Below, piece after piece: positions 25,561 to 38,304 of a DNA stretch of 57,992 nt. The first letter of the stretch is position 1; the number at the start of each line of letters is the position of its first letter. This DNA is from Hydrolagus affinis. Lineage: Eukaryota. The DNA is taken from positions 1 to 57,992 of the forward strand of contig JAAILG010002091.1 in the NCBI GenBank assembly GCA_012026655.1, written 5' to 3'. A program made the translations under genes and the position numbers. Under the pieces are notes generated by a model, which did no database searches, was not told where the DNA came from, and saw only the letters and a program-made list of their open reading frames with translations.

Positions 25561-27204
25561 TTCAAGAGAGTCAATGGGAGAATGAATCACAGAGCAATAC
25601 AGAAGCAACCCATTCACTCTGCTACATCTACCCGCTTCAACCACACTGCCCTGAGTCACCATTTCCTATCATTGCATTTATATTTATTTGGGTTCACAGA
25701 TAAATTATGTATTTGTTTAATCGCAATATTTGTTCCCCTTTGAAAGTTATGATGGATTCTGCTTCAACCATTGTATTGGTGGGACATTCCATGCCGCAAT
25801 AACCCTCTGTGTGTAAAGGATAACATGTCTTTTAACCTTTCCTTTCGCTTTTTCGGGGGAATTATTTTAAATGTGTGCTCTCAACAACACAATTACGCCT
25901 TTCACGTCCAGAGGACTTCCCAAGGCGCTGTTATCGTTATAGTCATCCACTCATCAAACAATTTCTCCCTATTTAGCTTATCAAAACGACTCATATTTTG
26001 AACACCTTAATGTATCATTTTAGGAACTTGGTTAAAAAATAATAAAATGCATGGTATTAAAGAGAATGTGGCAGGGTCAATAAATGGTTAGCTTAATGAC
26101 AGAAAACAGATTAGAGGGTAAATGGATATGTTTGGAGAGACGTAAACAGTGATGTTACTCAAGGGTAACATCTTTGTAAATACATACCTACAGCATCCAC
26201 TCTGTTACTTACCAATCAGTAACTGTAGGTATGTATACACAGCATCCACACGTGTTAGTTACGAATAAACTTTGTTCATACACCCAGTGATTTCCCCGAT
26301 TAACTTGATACATTTATCTAACATTAGTTATTTTTGACATACATGTCCATGCTTCTCGAGGTAATTATTAATTATATTTTATGCTATAGCTTGTAACAGT
26401 TTATTCATTACTATGTTAGGTTGATCAGAATTTACATTTCATCATACTATTAACTGTTTTTATTGTTTCACCTCGCCCTTACAGTATCATAATCCTGACG
26501 ACAACAATAGTTTATTACTCCTGCCATTCTTTTATCCTTCAAAACCATATTTCTTTTTCATCTTTATTTGGTCTTACTCTTTCTTTGACTATTTTATTTG
26601 TTATGTGTTTATAAAATAATTTACTATTATCCTTTATGTTAGTGTTAACTTTCATTATACTCAGAAAATTTAAAAAAACTTTCTAATCTTGTTTCCTCTT
26701 TCTCTATATATAATTCCAATCGTTTCAAAAAAATGAACCACGGCTTTTGATGCATCTCTTTATTTCTGTGGAACTAAATCTGATACGAATCCGACCTATC
26801 CCGTATTTGAAAGTTTGTAATTGTTTAACTACAATCTTATGTTTTTCTTATCACCTCATTACCTTATTTTGACTGTTCTCCCTTGTTTTTGTTTTTCTAA
26901 TCAAATCTAATTGCGGTTTTAGTGGTTTGCTAAATGTTCTCCTTCATTACGTTTTTGCCCATTCCACCAAGATATACCAGGCTCTGCGTGCCTCTTTCAT
27001 TGTTACGCCTTGGGACGTCGTCCTCCTGATGTGAAAGGCGCTATACAAGTGTAGTTTTGTTGTTGTTGTTGTTGGACGAGAACCACATTGATCAAGAAAG
27101 TAATCGTGGACAAATTGTGGAATAACTTTTTAGCCACTTATTATTTTTCTGTCACCCAATTGGGATAATTAAAGTCATTCATTATTACGACACTGTTATT
27201 TCTG

Positions 27205-27545
27205 TGCATCTCGAGTTCAAGCGTCTCATCAGAGTCTCACCAGAGCACTGAAATGTAACATTGTTGGAGGCAAGTTAAACCGACGTCTCATCTGCTTATT
27301 CCGGTAGACATTAACATCCCATTACACTATTCATGAAAGAAAAGGGAGTTTCTCCTGGTGTCCTGGCCATCAGTCCCACAAATATAATTAAAAATTCACT
27401 CCATGGCTGTTTTGTGCGATTTTGCTGTGTGCAAATTGGCTGTTGGGGTCCCCTACAAAACATAGATATAGTTGATGCACTTTGCAATATATCCCATTTA
27501 GCTGTGGGAGATGTCCTCCCGATGCTAAAGGCACAATTTCGCCTC
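27205..27545 (+). mobile_element. Deu-domain SINE remnant
   Basis: gttaaaccga...gggagtttctcctggtgtcctggcca...ttgctgtgtgcaaattggctg. Confidence 0.75.
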
Positions 27546-27899
27546 TTCACATCTCTTCAGTCCCATTTCAACTCTTTGATGTTCTCTCGTGAATTCTGAA
27601 GACTAAGGTCCGTTCTTATTTAACTTCTGACATTATCATCCAACGCTGCAGTGAAATCTTAATTAGCCGCCTAAACAATCCCCTTTTCCGACTTTGCCTT
27701 CCCAGAAAATGTTGCAACCAGGAGTACTAGGTTCCAAACCCTCCCCAGACTAAGCCAGTTAGTTATTTCTTCCATTTCTTTATTTTTCTACATGAAATCC
27801 TCCTTCCCCACCCCCATGCGTTTTACCCGTTTCTCCCCACTCTTCTTTTCCGCTTCCTAACAGCCACACGAGTTTAAGACTTTCCCAATTCACTAATAA

Positions 27900-28215
27900 T
27901 CCATGTGTTTGATCTATTCAAATTGTGATCTACTCCGCAGTCGTGTATCCGAGACGTCTTAAGGCGCTTCACGAGAGTTTACTGTGGATTTGTAAACAAA
28001 ATATTCAGCCAATGTGCGCACATAAACACCAATGATGCGAATAATCGATTGTACCCGAGTCAATTTTGGCCAGGAGAAACACCTTGCAGTTTACAAATAA
28101 TGTCATGGGATTTGTTACGTCCTCCTTTCCCATCTGGAGGGCCAGCAACCCTGACTGCAGCATCCCCCCAGAGCTGCACTGGGAACTCAGGCATCTCAAT
28201 GTTCTAACATGTGGC
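27900..28215 (-). mobile_element. Decayed Deu-domain SINE remnant
   Basis: cagccaatgtgcgcaca, ttggccaggagaaac, catgggatt, actgcagcatccc. Confidence 0.55.
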
Positions 28216-31200
28216 CTAAACCATAAAATAGAGAACTACCCACCGAGGTACTGGGCTGGAAGGGACAAGGTATTAGATCAAGAGGCTCATGTGAAGAATG
28301 ACACCAGCACAGCTGGCTTTCAGGTGTCTGCCTGGCTCAGCAGTAGCACTCTGTATTTTGATTTCTGCCCTAGACTAGATTTAGACTAGTACTCTCTGGA
28401 ATGTTGTCCTTGTAGTTGGTGTTCAGTGCCACATATCTATTTGACAAGTTAACACTTCCCGAATCGACCTCCAGTCTACCTCACTAACTACCAGGGGGTG
28501 ACATCTCCTGGAACGTAGGTTCAAGGAACCCCTCCGCCTCTCCCACTAGTCTAAGCGCCTTGGGACGTCCTTCCGACGTGAAGTGCGCTCCATAAATTAC
28601 ATGTTGTTGTTGTTGTTGAGCGTCCCTGGTTAGTCAGTCCTCAGTCTCTAAAACGTTGAACTCGAGTGTAAACCGGTACAAACACTTGCCATATATGTGT
28701 TCATCCCTGATACGAAGAAGTGCCCCGGATCTCCTAAATGGTGCAACGTCGACAGAAAATGGCCATCGGCTGCATTAAACTGAACACGTTAAAAGATCAG
28801 CTAAAGCAAACACAGCCATTTAACCATCGTATTCTAACTCAACATCCAGCTTGCTGGGTTCCCTCTGAACCTCACCGACCTGTCACTGTATTGTTTCTTT
28901 TGGAACTGCAGTGTTCCAGGTGTGTAAGATAACAACTGGCTCCCCCTGCAGTTTCAATAATACCTGACTTACTGGGAGCCAATGACTGGCTAAGTGTTAA
29001 ATTGATCATTCACTGATTTTCTGACACAGACCAGCCAAGAGCCTGCAGCGCTGGGTGAGCACTGTTTGGAGGCTGATGGAGGAAAGTTACTGTACGCCTT
29101 CTTCGTTGCTGTGATCTGCACCAGACTCTCTCACTGGGGTTAATCCATTCCTTGACACAGACCACTGCACTCTAATCTCTACAAAAGTCCAACACCAAAT
29201 CTAAATTCACCGCTAACGAGTCAGGTCATAACTACATTTGCAGAACATTACGTTTGCATAATGCATGTTTCGGCTATTCGAACAAAATCAATAGTTTACA
29301 TAATTGCATAAGAACGCTTTCGTCTGTAATGTATGATCGCCTGCTACCTCTGTTAGTTCCAAGAATGCTTTAAAACCCCACAGGATCGCGCATGTTTTGC
29401 ATTCCTATATCATCCGAGATAAAAAGGAAAACTGCGTCTTCTGGAGATTTGAAATAAAAACAAAGACTGCTGGAAACGCTCAGCGGTTTCAATCAACATC
29501 TGAAAGAGAAAGTTTGCAGCACAAACCTCCATTGATCATAACTCTCTCACTTGGGGTCCAATCCGAAATTGTGACCTGCCTTTTTGTTTGAGGCGCTGAT
29601 TGAGGTTTAGGGTTCTCTCACTCGCTGCTTTATTCCTATTCCATTGGTTTACATTTTCCCTCAGAAGGATATGTTTGTAAGAGTTGGCACTGGAATGCAG
29701 TTAGACATGGAAAAAGAAAAAAAAAGACTAATTATTTTCCCTTTTAAAATGGGCGGTAAACACCGTCTTGTTTTTTTTCTCAGGTTCCATGTTTATTTTA
29801 GGATTATACCGTGTCCGTTGTATATGTTAATTTCAATTCCTTTGAAAACCCAGCGGTGAATGCCAATTTGAAATAGATGGCAGAGCTAGACGCATTTACT
29901 TAAAGCAAACACAAAAGCACAGAGTCTGCTGTTATTGTTGTCAAATGTTTCTACTAAATCATCTACCGTTTATTTTTATCCCACGAGAATCTTTATTTCT
30001 GTTTCTCTCTCGCCTTAGATAAGGAAACGAGACTTGTCTAGACGTACAAGGGCTCTGTGGGCACTTTTTGTTTATGTCATTAATTACTCTGAAACTGAGC
30101 GTCCGATTTCTCACATTTGTTACCCAGACGGTCCCCTCAGACCCCAAACAGATAAAACCATTGACCGAAGAGCGATTTTGTTTTGAAATTTTTTTCCCCC
30201 ATATACTATCAGATACATGCTATTGCTGCTTATTTGAACATACCCAGCTGTCACATTTCATTTGGGTGGAAACACGCGTTTTACCCAGTGTAACAATCAT
30301 TCCGAACGGATCTGTTTTCTTCCCACCTGCTATGATACATTCGGGGAAATCAATCAGATTTTCTCCTTTTGTTTTCAAGGTGAGTTATTCTCATGTCCTC
30401 TCCTCACTGCCAACCACACATAACAGGACCAGAGGGGCGCCGTTGTCTGTGCTTGCACTGGAAATGAAGGCTGTCGGGGGTGGGGGATGAAGGTATCAAT
30501 GGGGGCAGTAATAAAGCAGAACCCTTTCTGTTAACAGACCCGCGAAAGAACAGCCCACAAGACTTCTCATCTGTAATATAGAGATTATAGCATATATATA
30601 TATATATTATACATACATATATTATACATCCAGTATACACAAGATGGGCTTTTCAGTTCCTCATTTAGTCGTGACTGTATTTTAATAAAGTCTTGCATTA
30701 ATACAATGATGACTCTTAATGGGATTCGACTAAACTGAGGAGACGCCTGTTTCCTCATTTATTATAGTCAGTGTCATTGATACATTATCCTTTGCTTTGG
30801 AAGCTACCGTTTAAAATTACATATTCATATCGACGAGGTGCATTCCAGAAACCTTTTTTTTTGCAACTAGGGTGTAAAGTTCTTTCGATTCACAAAATAA
30901 CAAACTTAATGGGATCTAGAGAAATTGTAAAGCTGAAATCAAAATCATTTGTTGTGTCATTGGTCTCAACTGTGTTATAAACAGTCTTGTTTTAAAAAAA
31001 GCCTTTCCTTTTATTCAGCGTTCGCAGTATGTAAGATTATATAAATACGGTAAATTTAAGAATAATTACAATATTTTGCAAAGATACCTTTCTTGTTTGC
31101 TATGTGTGATTTACAGCCTGCATTGGTATTTGTCACACGGATGGCATGATTGGTTCCTTTCAATATTGCATTCTGGGGCTTTTCATGTGTTAACAATGCT

Positions 31201-31750
31201 GTTTAATTACAAGTACAGTATAACACATACAACCTGTACATCACTGCACAAACACCTCTTGATAGGTGGCATTTCACTGAAGTTCTCAGTTTCATGAAAA
31301 TGCAGGTGATACTTTGGAAAACATGTAATTTCAGGGTTGAATATCATACAAATAGATGTTGTTTACACGCCACAGGACATGTCCCTTCCTTATTTAATTG
31401 AGTGTTAATGAGTCGAGATAAGATTTAGCTGTAGGGACAACAGTGGAACACTGGGCGGAGCATAATCTGATTTAAAAGGTTAATGTGCAGCTCAAGGTGA
31501 AGTTATCCGCAAATTGAAACTCTCCCATTCACTCGCAAGGCACAAGACCGAGTGCTTTATTCTCGACATTAACACATGTCAGTTTAGTCTTTCCAACAAA
31601 AGATGAAACCACCAACGTGTACTTATTTTAATACTCAGATTGTATAGTACGAAGAGTGCAATCTACATAGGAATGGTTTTAATAGAGGACAGTGTTCAGG
31701 CAATATGTGAATTATGTGAAGGTACACATCTATTCATAATTAGAGATTGG

Positions 31751-31900
31751 NNNNNNNNNNNNNNNNNNNNNNNNNNNNNNNNNNNNNNNNNNNNNNNNNN
31801 NNNNNNNNNNNNNNNNNNNNNNNNNNNNNNNNNNNNNNNNNNNNNNNNNNNNNNNNNNNNNNNNNNNNNNNNNNNNNNNNNNNNNNNNNNNNNNNNNNNN
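31751..31900. other. Assembly gap (150 N)
   Basis: Run of n characters. Confidence 1.
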
Positions 31901-34900
31901 GATATGAGACATCTGATATTGCCGATTGCATATCCGCACATATAATTAGAAATGTCTTAGGTTTTTTTTTAAAAAAAGTAATACCCATGTGAATACTTTG
32001 TCCGATATCCTTCCAGTTTATTTACAACTATCTACAGTAAATATATAGTTATTAGCTCAGTCGGCGTGGCCGAGTTTGCTTTGTAGCTGCGGCGGATTAT
32101 GCAGAGATGAGAAAAGCACTGCACTCACCTTCAAGTGATCAAGCGGTAAACTGAAGGTTTCCCGGAGTCCTCACACAGCGGCGGCGAGGCATTGGCCAGT
32201 CAATGTCAAATAAAGTGAAATGAATGCAGTTTATACCGTACAGCTCGAATCAGCAGCTTTTGTTTAATTCCATTAGACACCCTGCATCCTCCAGAACGTA
32301 AACACAATGCAGGAGGTATAATCAGCCACACTCGACAATTAGATTACCGTCAAATTGCCATCGGATAATGTGCTAAAAGCTTTCCCACTTAGTGTAACTC
32401 CTTCCTGAAAATTATTCGCACATTTGGTCTCCTATGGTCCCAGATGGCGTTGCCTGGTGTTTAAAATGGCAATGCCTGATTATCCGGGTTGCATTTTTAA
32501 CATCGCCTTGCTTTACTCAGAAGTGAATTGCAAACCAAAGCAATGTTGTGTAAGTGACACTGAACCGTTGAGCCTATTGTATAATCACTCTCAGCTAAAG
32601 GTTGTTTAATTCAGTGGGGCCCACCGACCCCAACACACATTGTATTTTATGGAGACGGCCCAAAGGCAGACACTCCTCGGCGATGACCTGCGACGTTTGA
32701 GTTGAACAATCTCTTTAATTAAAACAAACTCTGGTGCCCGGGTTGTTATATTGTTCACACGGTGCCCTCCTCGGGTTTGACCAGTCCCCGGGTTTTGATC
32801 GGTATTCACAGTATCGTTCTGTATATCGCCTTGCAAGTGTATTTTAAAGAAAATATTGGGAGATGTGCAGAGGAGAGGGTAGCATGAACGCAAATTCACT
32901 GCAGGGCATGGAGGAGTAGCGTGTGTGTGTGTGTGTGTCTGTCATACAAAACCGGGGAGGGCTGTCCAGATTGCTATTTTCCAGATAATAACTACATTTC
33001 ACAAAATTCATAACTTACATTTGTCTACAAATGTGAACTGTAAAATCAGACCGCTGCACACATGGGAAACGAAATCCCTTACATATGCGCAGGACTGTAT
33101 TGGTAAACACTGTGTGGATGGTGGGGGGGGTGGGGGGGAGAGAGCGGTTTTTCTTCTTAAAAAAGGGAAGCGTTGGGTTTTTGAAACCGCATTTCAAGTT
33201 TATCTTGAGAGAGCTGGTTCGCGATTTAAACTTGTCCCTCCTGGAGACTAAGCTGATATTTTCGCAACTCCGCAGGTCTTTGATGTCGGTTGCATTTCTG
33301 GCTCTTTGATTCCCTCTGTGCACCGATGAAGATACAATATTGACTTGGCAGAGGGAGGGTTGCGGGGCTAATCAGGACTATTATCAGGCAGGTTCGGGTG
33401 GATGGCGCCATGTGAGCTTACCCCATTAGCCCGATTATAGGAACTGTTCATCCATGATTCCAATTCACTGTAGCCACGCTCAGCCTCAAACCTAACCCTA
33501 GCCTCAGCCGCATTTCTCAAGCGCACACTCATGTCCCAATTGTTAAAGGGCGCTAGAGAAAAAACACCACTGGGAGTAAAATTTTCGATTGTTCTCAACT
33601 CTCTACACGGATCCACGCGCTATTGGCAATAACAATGACATTAACTCTACCGGTGTAAAGAGGAGCACAGTGATTTTTTTTTTACATTGATGTGGTTAAA
33701 AAAAGAGATGTGACACACACACGGTATTAAAGGGGGATTTCCATTGCGGGTGACTGCAAACACGTGGACATTTACCAATATGTTCAAATTGCGGAGTGAC
33801 ATGTTCTCGATTTATTCAGAGGCTGTTTTTTCTCCCCCCCGAACACAAAAGTGCAATGTCATCGCGTCCATTTCCTTCCCAGTGGTCACCCACTTCAGTC
33901 CCGCGTTGGACTTTATGGTTAAATAGAGAATCATTTTACACCACAGAATGAACATGCGTTGAAGCCAGAACAAAAGAGCTCAAATTGAACGAATTATACT
34001 CGCGGCCAGTTACCTCTCGGCGATCCTTGTTCTTGTGCACGTTTTACTTTGGAGACAATCGAGACTTTCTTTCTTGAAACGGGTTCCATATTTATTTCTG
34101 TTTGCGCAGTGTTACCCTGAGACATTTCCGAGAGGTGCTGGCGGCCACAGCAAGTCATATCAATCGCCCGCGAGGAGGAGTTGCAATTTAAGCCGCAAAC
34201 GTTAACATCGAAATGATGGGACGCGTTTGCAGATGCAAATAATGACAACTCTCTGAGCCGACCTTGGTGATCGGGATGGTTTAGTGAGTCCACGCCAGTC
34301 GTTTAATGCTCAATTGATTGCAAACAATTTAGGTTTCAATTCTTGTTTTAAACCGCGCTCGAACTCGTCGCTAGAACACGCCACTGGTCCACAAAGGTCA
34401 GCTTAAATATGAATTAATAACGTGAAACTTTCAACGCGTCAATCTAGTTTGCATTTGGCATTTAAGAACACACGCAATTAAAAACACACTATCTAAATAA
34501 CATGCTGGCCAGACATAATCTTTTAAAGCAACTGAGGGATGGGATAGTCACTGAAAACATATTTAGACCTGGATGACTGATATCCAGAGTGCAGCGTGTG
34601 CGCTAATGTTTCTCTTTTTGTCTCAATAAATCAGAGTACAAGACCCTGATTTAATTGGCGCTGCTAATGAAATGGCTGCAATATCATCGCGACGCCGCTC
34701 ACCTTTCAAAGCCAGACGTTATTGAGTTATGGTGAATCGAGAACGCGGATCGTCTTATTGGATTAGTTCGCCTTAATTTTTTTTCAAAGGGCGGAAACCC
34801 CCCTTCGCTTACAAATGTGACTGCGCGGTGTCTATCAAACTGTGACCCAACTCTTTCTAGAGGAGCCACCAGCAGCCACTATGTGAAGTGTTTGGAAATC

Positions 34901-35835
34901 TCAGGACAGTATTAATTTGTCAGTGGCTTCCTAGAGACACCCACGGATGTTTCCGCGGCGCTGTCTTGTGTCGCTTTTATCATTGATAATACTGCATACA
35001 TAATACCGTTGTAACTGCGTGTTGCAACATAACATACAATGGAAAAATCAAATGCAAGGATTGCTATTATTATTATTATTATAGGCCGCTTTTATATTAC
35101 AAACGTATCGTTATTACAATGACACGCGTTTGTTCTTGAAATACACACTGTTAACACTTTAAGATATGGAATAACTGGTGAAGCAATTGCTGGGTATGAA
35201 AAAAAATCACCAGAAGAAGGGACAACATGGAACAAATTGATAGAATCTCAGCAGCATTCCTCTGGTGCTGATCATTCTCAACGAGCACACGCTCTCTCTG
35301 CCTCTCTCAAATAAGCAGTTTTGCATTCATTTTAAGTAAACATACGCACCCTGTTGACAGATAAGAATTTAGTCTATCTGCACAATGTCGCTTTTTTTTT
35401 GTCCTGTTTCATTTTGGCGAATTTATAGCTTGTGCTTCAACCAGGTGTCAAACAGGCCATCCAATAAAAAGCTTCTCAACCATACCTCGAAGAGGGATTT
35501 GCTATCTCCCCCTCCCCCCCCATTAAAATCAAATAGAAATGTACTTTGCAACGCAATTTTGAATTACGGCACAGATGTGGACTGTATGATAACTGGCCAC
35601 AGCATTCACCATACGAGCAGCTTTCTCTCAGCTTTCTCTTTCAGCTGAGATTCAAAACACTGGGTAAAAGTGACAAGGGAAATAATTTAATTCACTGAAA
35701 ATATACATATCTGGAGATAAGTACCATCAGTTTAAGGAAGTGTTCCCCTTTTTGACTTTTTAAGTCGACCTTTAAGTGTTTTCAAGCTATTGGGCTTTCC
35801 ATTATATTATATGGTTTCCATTATATGATTATATA

Positions 35836-36115
35836 AACAATAATCCTTGCATTTGATAAAGCACCTTTCACGTCAAAGCGCTTCACAGCATTTAATGCAG
35901 TGTAGTGACTGTGTATTTTGTAGTGTTTTATGATTGTATGTATTCAGCATCTTCACACACCGAAGTGTTTACAATTCTTCCCAAACACTGTACGAATAAT
36001 AATTCTAATAATAATCCTTGCATTTCATATAGCGCTTTTCTTGTAGACGTATCAAAGCGCTTCACAGAATATACTGTAGAATGAATCGACTGTATATTTT
36101 GTGGGTGAAACGCGG
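35836..36115 (-). mobile_element. Two tandem SINE/L2-type 3' tails of the (TTA)n family
   Basis: aataatccttgcattt...aaagcgcttcacag at about 35840-35890 and 36010-36070, near-identical to about 39000-39065. Confidence 0.75.
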
Positions 36116-38304
36116 TCTCTAACTATTTAAACTATGATATTAAACATTTAAGAGAAGCAGTCAAGAGAAGCAAAGATTATTAAAATTGAACTTTAAATAC
36201 ATTTATGGCGTAGAGTATATCTGTTGATTCAATCCCTGATGCCAGCAAAAACACTGTCACACCTCAAAGAGAACAATGTGAATAAACCACAGGAAATGTC
36301 ACAAAAATAATGGAAATCCTGGAATCACTTGAGACTGTGAAGGACTTAAAAACTTGAAAATGGTTACAAACCACTTGCTCTCACTGCAACATCTGATATT
36401 TCTGATGAGATTACTGGTTTGTAACCATTTTCATTTATCTATCAATATTTTTATATTCTTTATTTTGCTACATACAATGTATTTTTATGAAGCAATGTAT
36501 TATTTTGTATTATTGTACAATGGATAGAATATTATTATATGGTATATATTATTATCCTATTATTCTTTATATTGTTGAACAATGCACTATGATATATCAA
36601 CAGTTGCATTTATATAGAGCACCCTATACTTCGAGTAGCATCTCAGAGCATTTAGAAGTGTTGTTTTGCTGCCGAGTGAGTGCATTAGGTTATTGCACTA
36701 TTTTAATAATATAAATGCATAGTGCCCTATCTTAATAATATAAGTATCATATGAAAATCATATAAATAACATCACTATGTGATATCTCAAAATAAGGCTA
36801 ATTTTGTATAGAATAAAACAATTCTACTTTACAGTAAAACCTGTGCCTTGAGATACTTTGACAACTTGATAAGTTGCTGTATCAAACGTAAGAATTGTTA
36901 TCATATTGTGATATTTGGTATATTTTGTTGTGTTTCTGTTATGTTATACTATAGTATGCTACATCTGATATATTATTGCACATTATTGTACCCTCTATTG
37001 TTACAAATGATAGAAGCAAAACATACTTGTATTTTTCCAGAGTACAGTTTTATGTATTCTAGAATATATTCAATCTAATTAAGAAATAAAGGACATCATT
37101 GTAATATATAATGATACAACATATTAGCTTGCAATTACGAGGCGAGCACTCTAACCACTGAGCTATAGAACTTCGCTAACCCCATTCCCTGCTCTGTCTC
37201 ACTGTCTCCCCATCAAGAAATATATCAAGAATATTGATACAACATATTAGCTTGCAATTATTTTTGTATAATATACTACATTGTAATTTTTATTTTCCTC
37301 ATATGCAATTCTGTACTACACAATGATAATGGTGTTTGATGTATTTTTGACATGGTGTACTGCAAATTATATTAAGCTTCATGGAGCAGAACTGGGGCAG
37401 TTAATTAGGGTTAAATGCTAGAGTCAAAAATCACCAAAAAGAATATTCAAAGGTTAGTTTTATTGCAAGTTCAATGAATAAAAAATAAAAGTATTGTTTT
37501 GTGTTTTGACAGTGACGTTTCTCATTCCATCATCATTGTTCTACAGGTGGGGTTTCATGGCAAAATTGTTCAGAATGTAAGGCATGGAATGCAGAATCGA
37601 ACTGTCAGCCCATTCACTGATCATTGGCTGATATAGGTAATTATATACTAAGCTGTGTACAGTGGATTCTTTTGGTAATTATACTCTATACTGTGTACAG
37701 CATGTTTTTGATAATTATACACTGCTGTATACATCATATTGCTTTTGGTGATTATATGCTACAGAACCATGGATATTTTCAAAGAAGGCCATTTGTTTCA
37801 TCCTGTCATGTCTCATCTCTTTTAAAAAGCAATCCTTTCAGTCCAATTTACCTGCCCTTTCCCCATATCTCTGCAGTGTACTCCTTACTCGGTATTATGA
37901 TTGATAATTCTAGACTGTGCTAGGAACAGTTGGTAATTCTAGGCTGTGCTGTATACAGCACATTGTATTTTGTTTTTATATATTGTCGCTTTGTGGTACT
38001 TATATGCTATGTTATTTTGACACTATAACCCACTATGGAGTGGTATAACGCAGCATGGTGGGATTTTACACAATATATCAGACTAACAGATTTATGTTAT
38101 TTGAATCCACTGGAGAAAAACGCAATTCACGTTGTTGGATGTAAGTTTCACATACTGATCATTAACATTCATCAGTTCTACTACAGCATTGTGATTAAGG
38201 AATGTCTCACAGTTAAATGGCTGTGACTACACGTTGCAAAACAGCCTTTTACAATATGGAACGCAAAGTTTAAAACTAGTGTTGTCAAGCAGATTTCCAA
38301 CTAG

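Noticed and set aside
25257-25743. 157-aa and 92-aa plus-strand ORFs over the promoter as a divergent gene
   Set aside because: GC-rich promoter sequence is stop-poor and there is no recognisable domain or splice structure. A non-coding divergent transcript cannot be excluded.
30436-30448. GGCGCC...GTCT as a BMP/Smad response element
   Set aside because: The spacer is 3 nt rather than the canonical 5 nt, so it is not supportable alone.
31640-31992. ORFs containing X runs
   Set aside because: Artefacts of the 150-N gap.
33487-33510. aacctaaccctagcc as a telomeric repeat
   Set aside because: Only about two degenerate units, compatible with chance.
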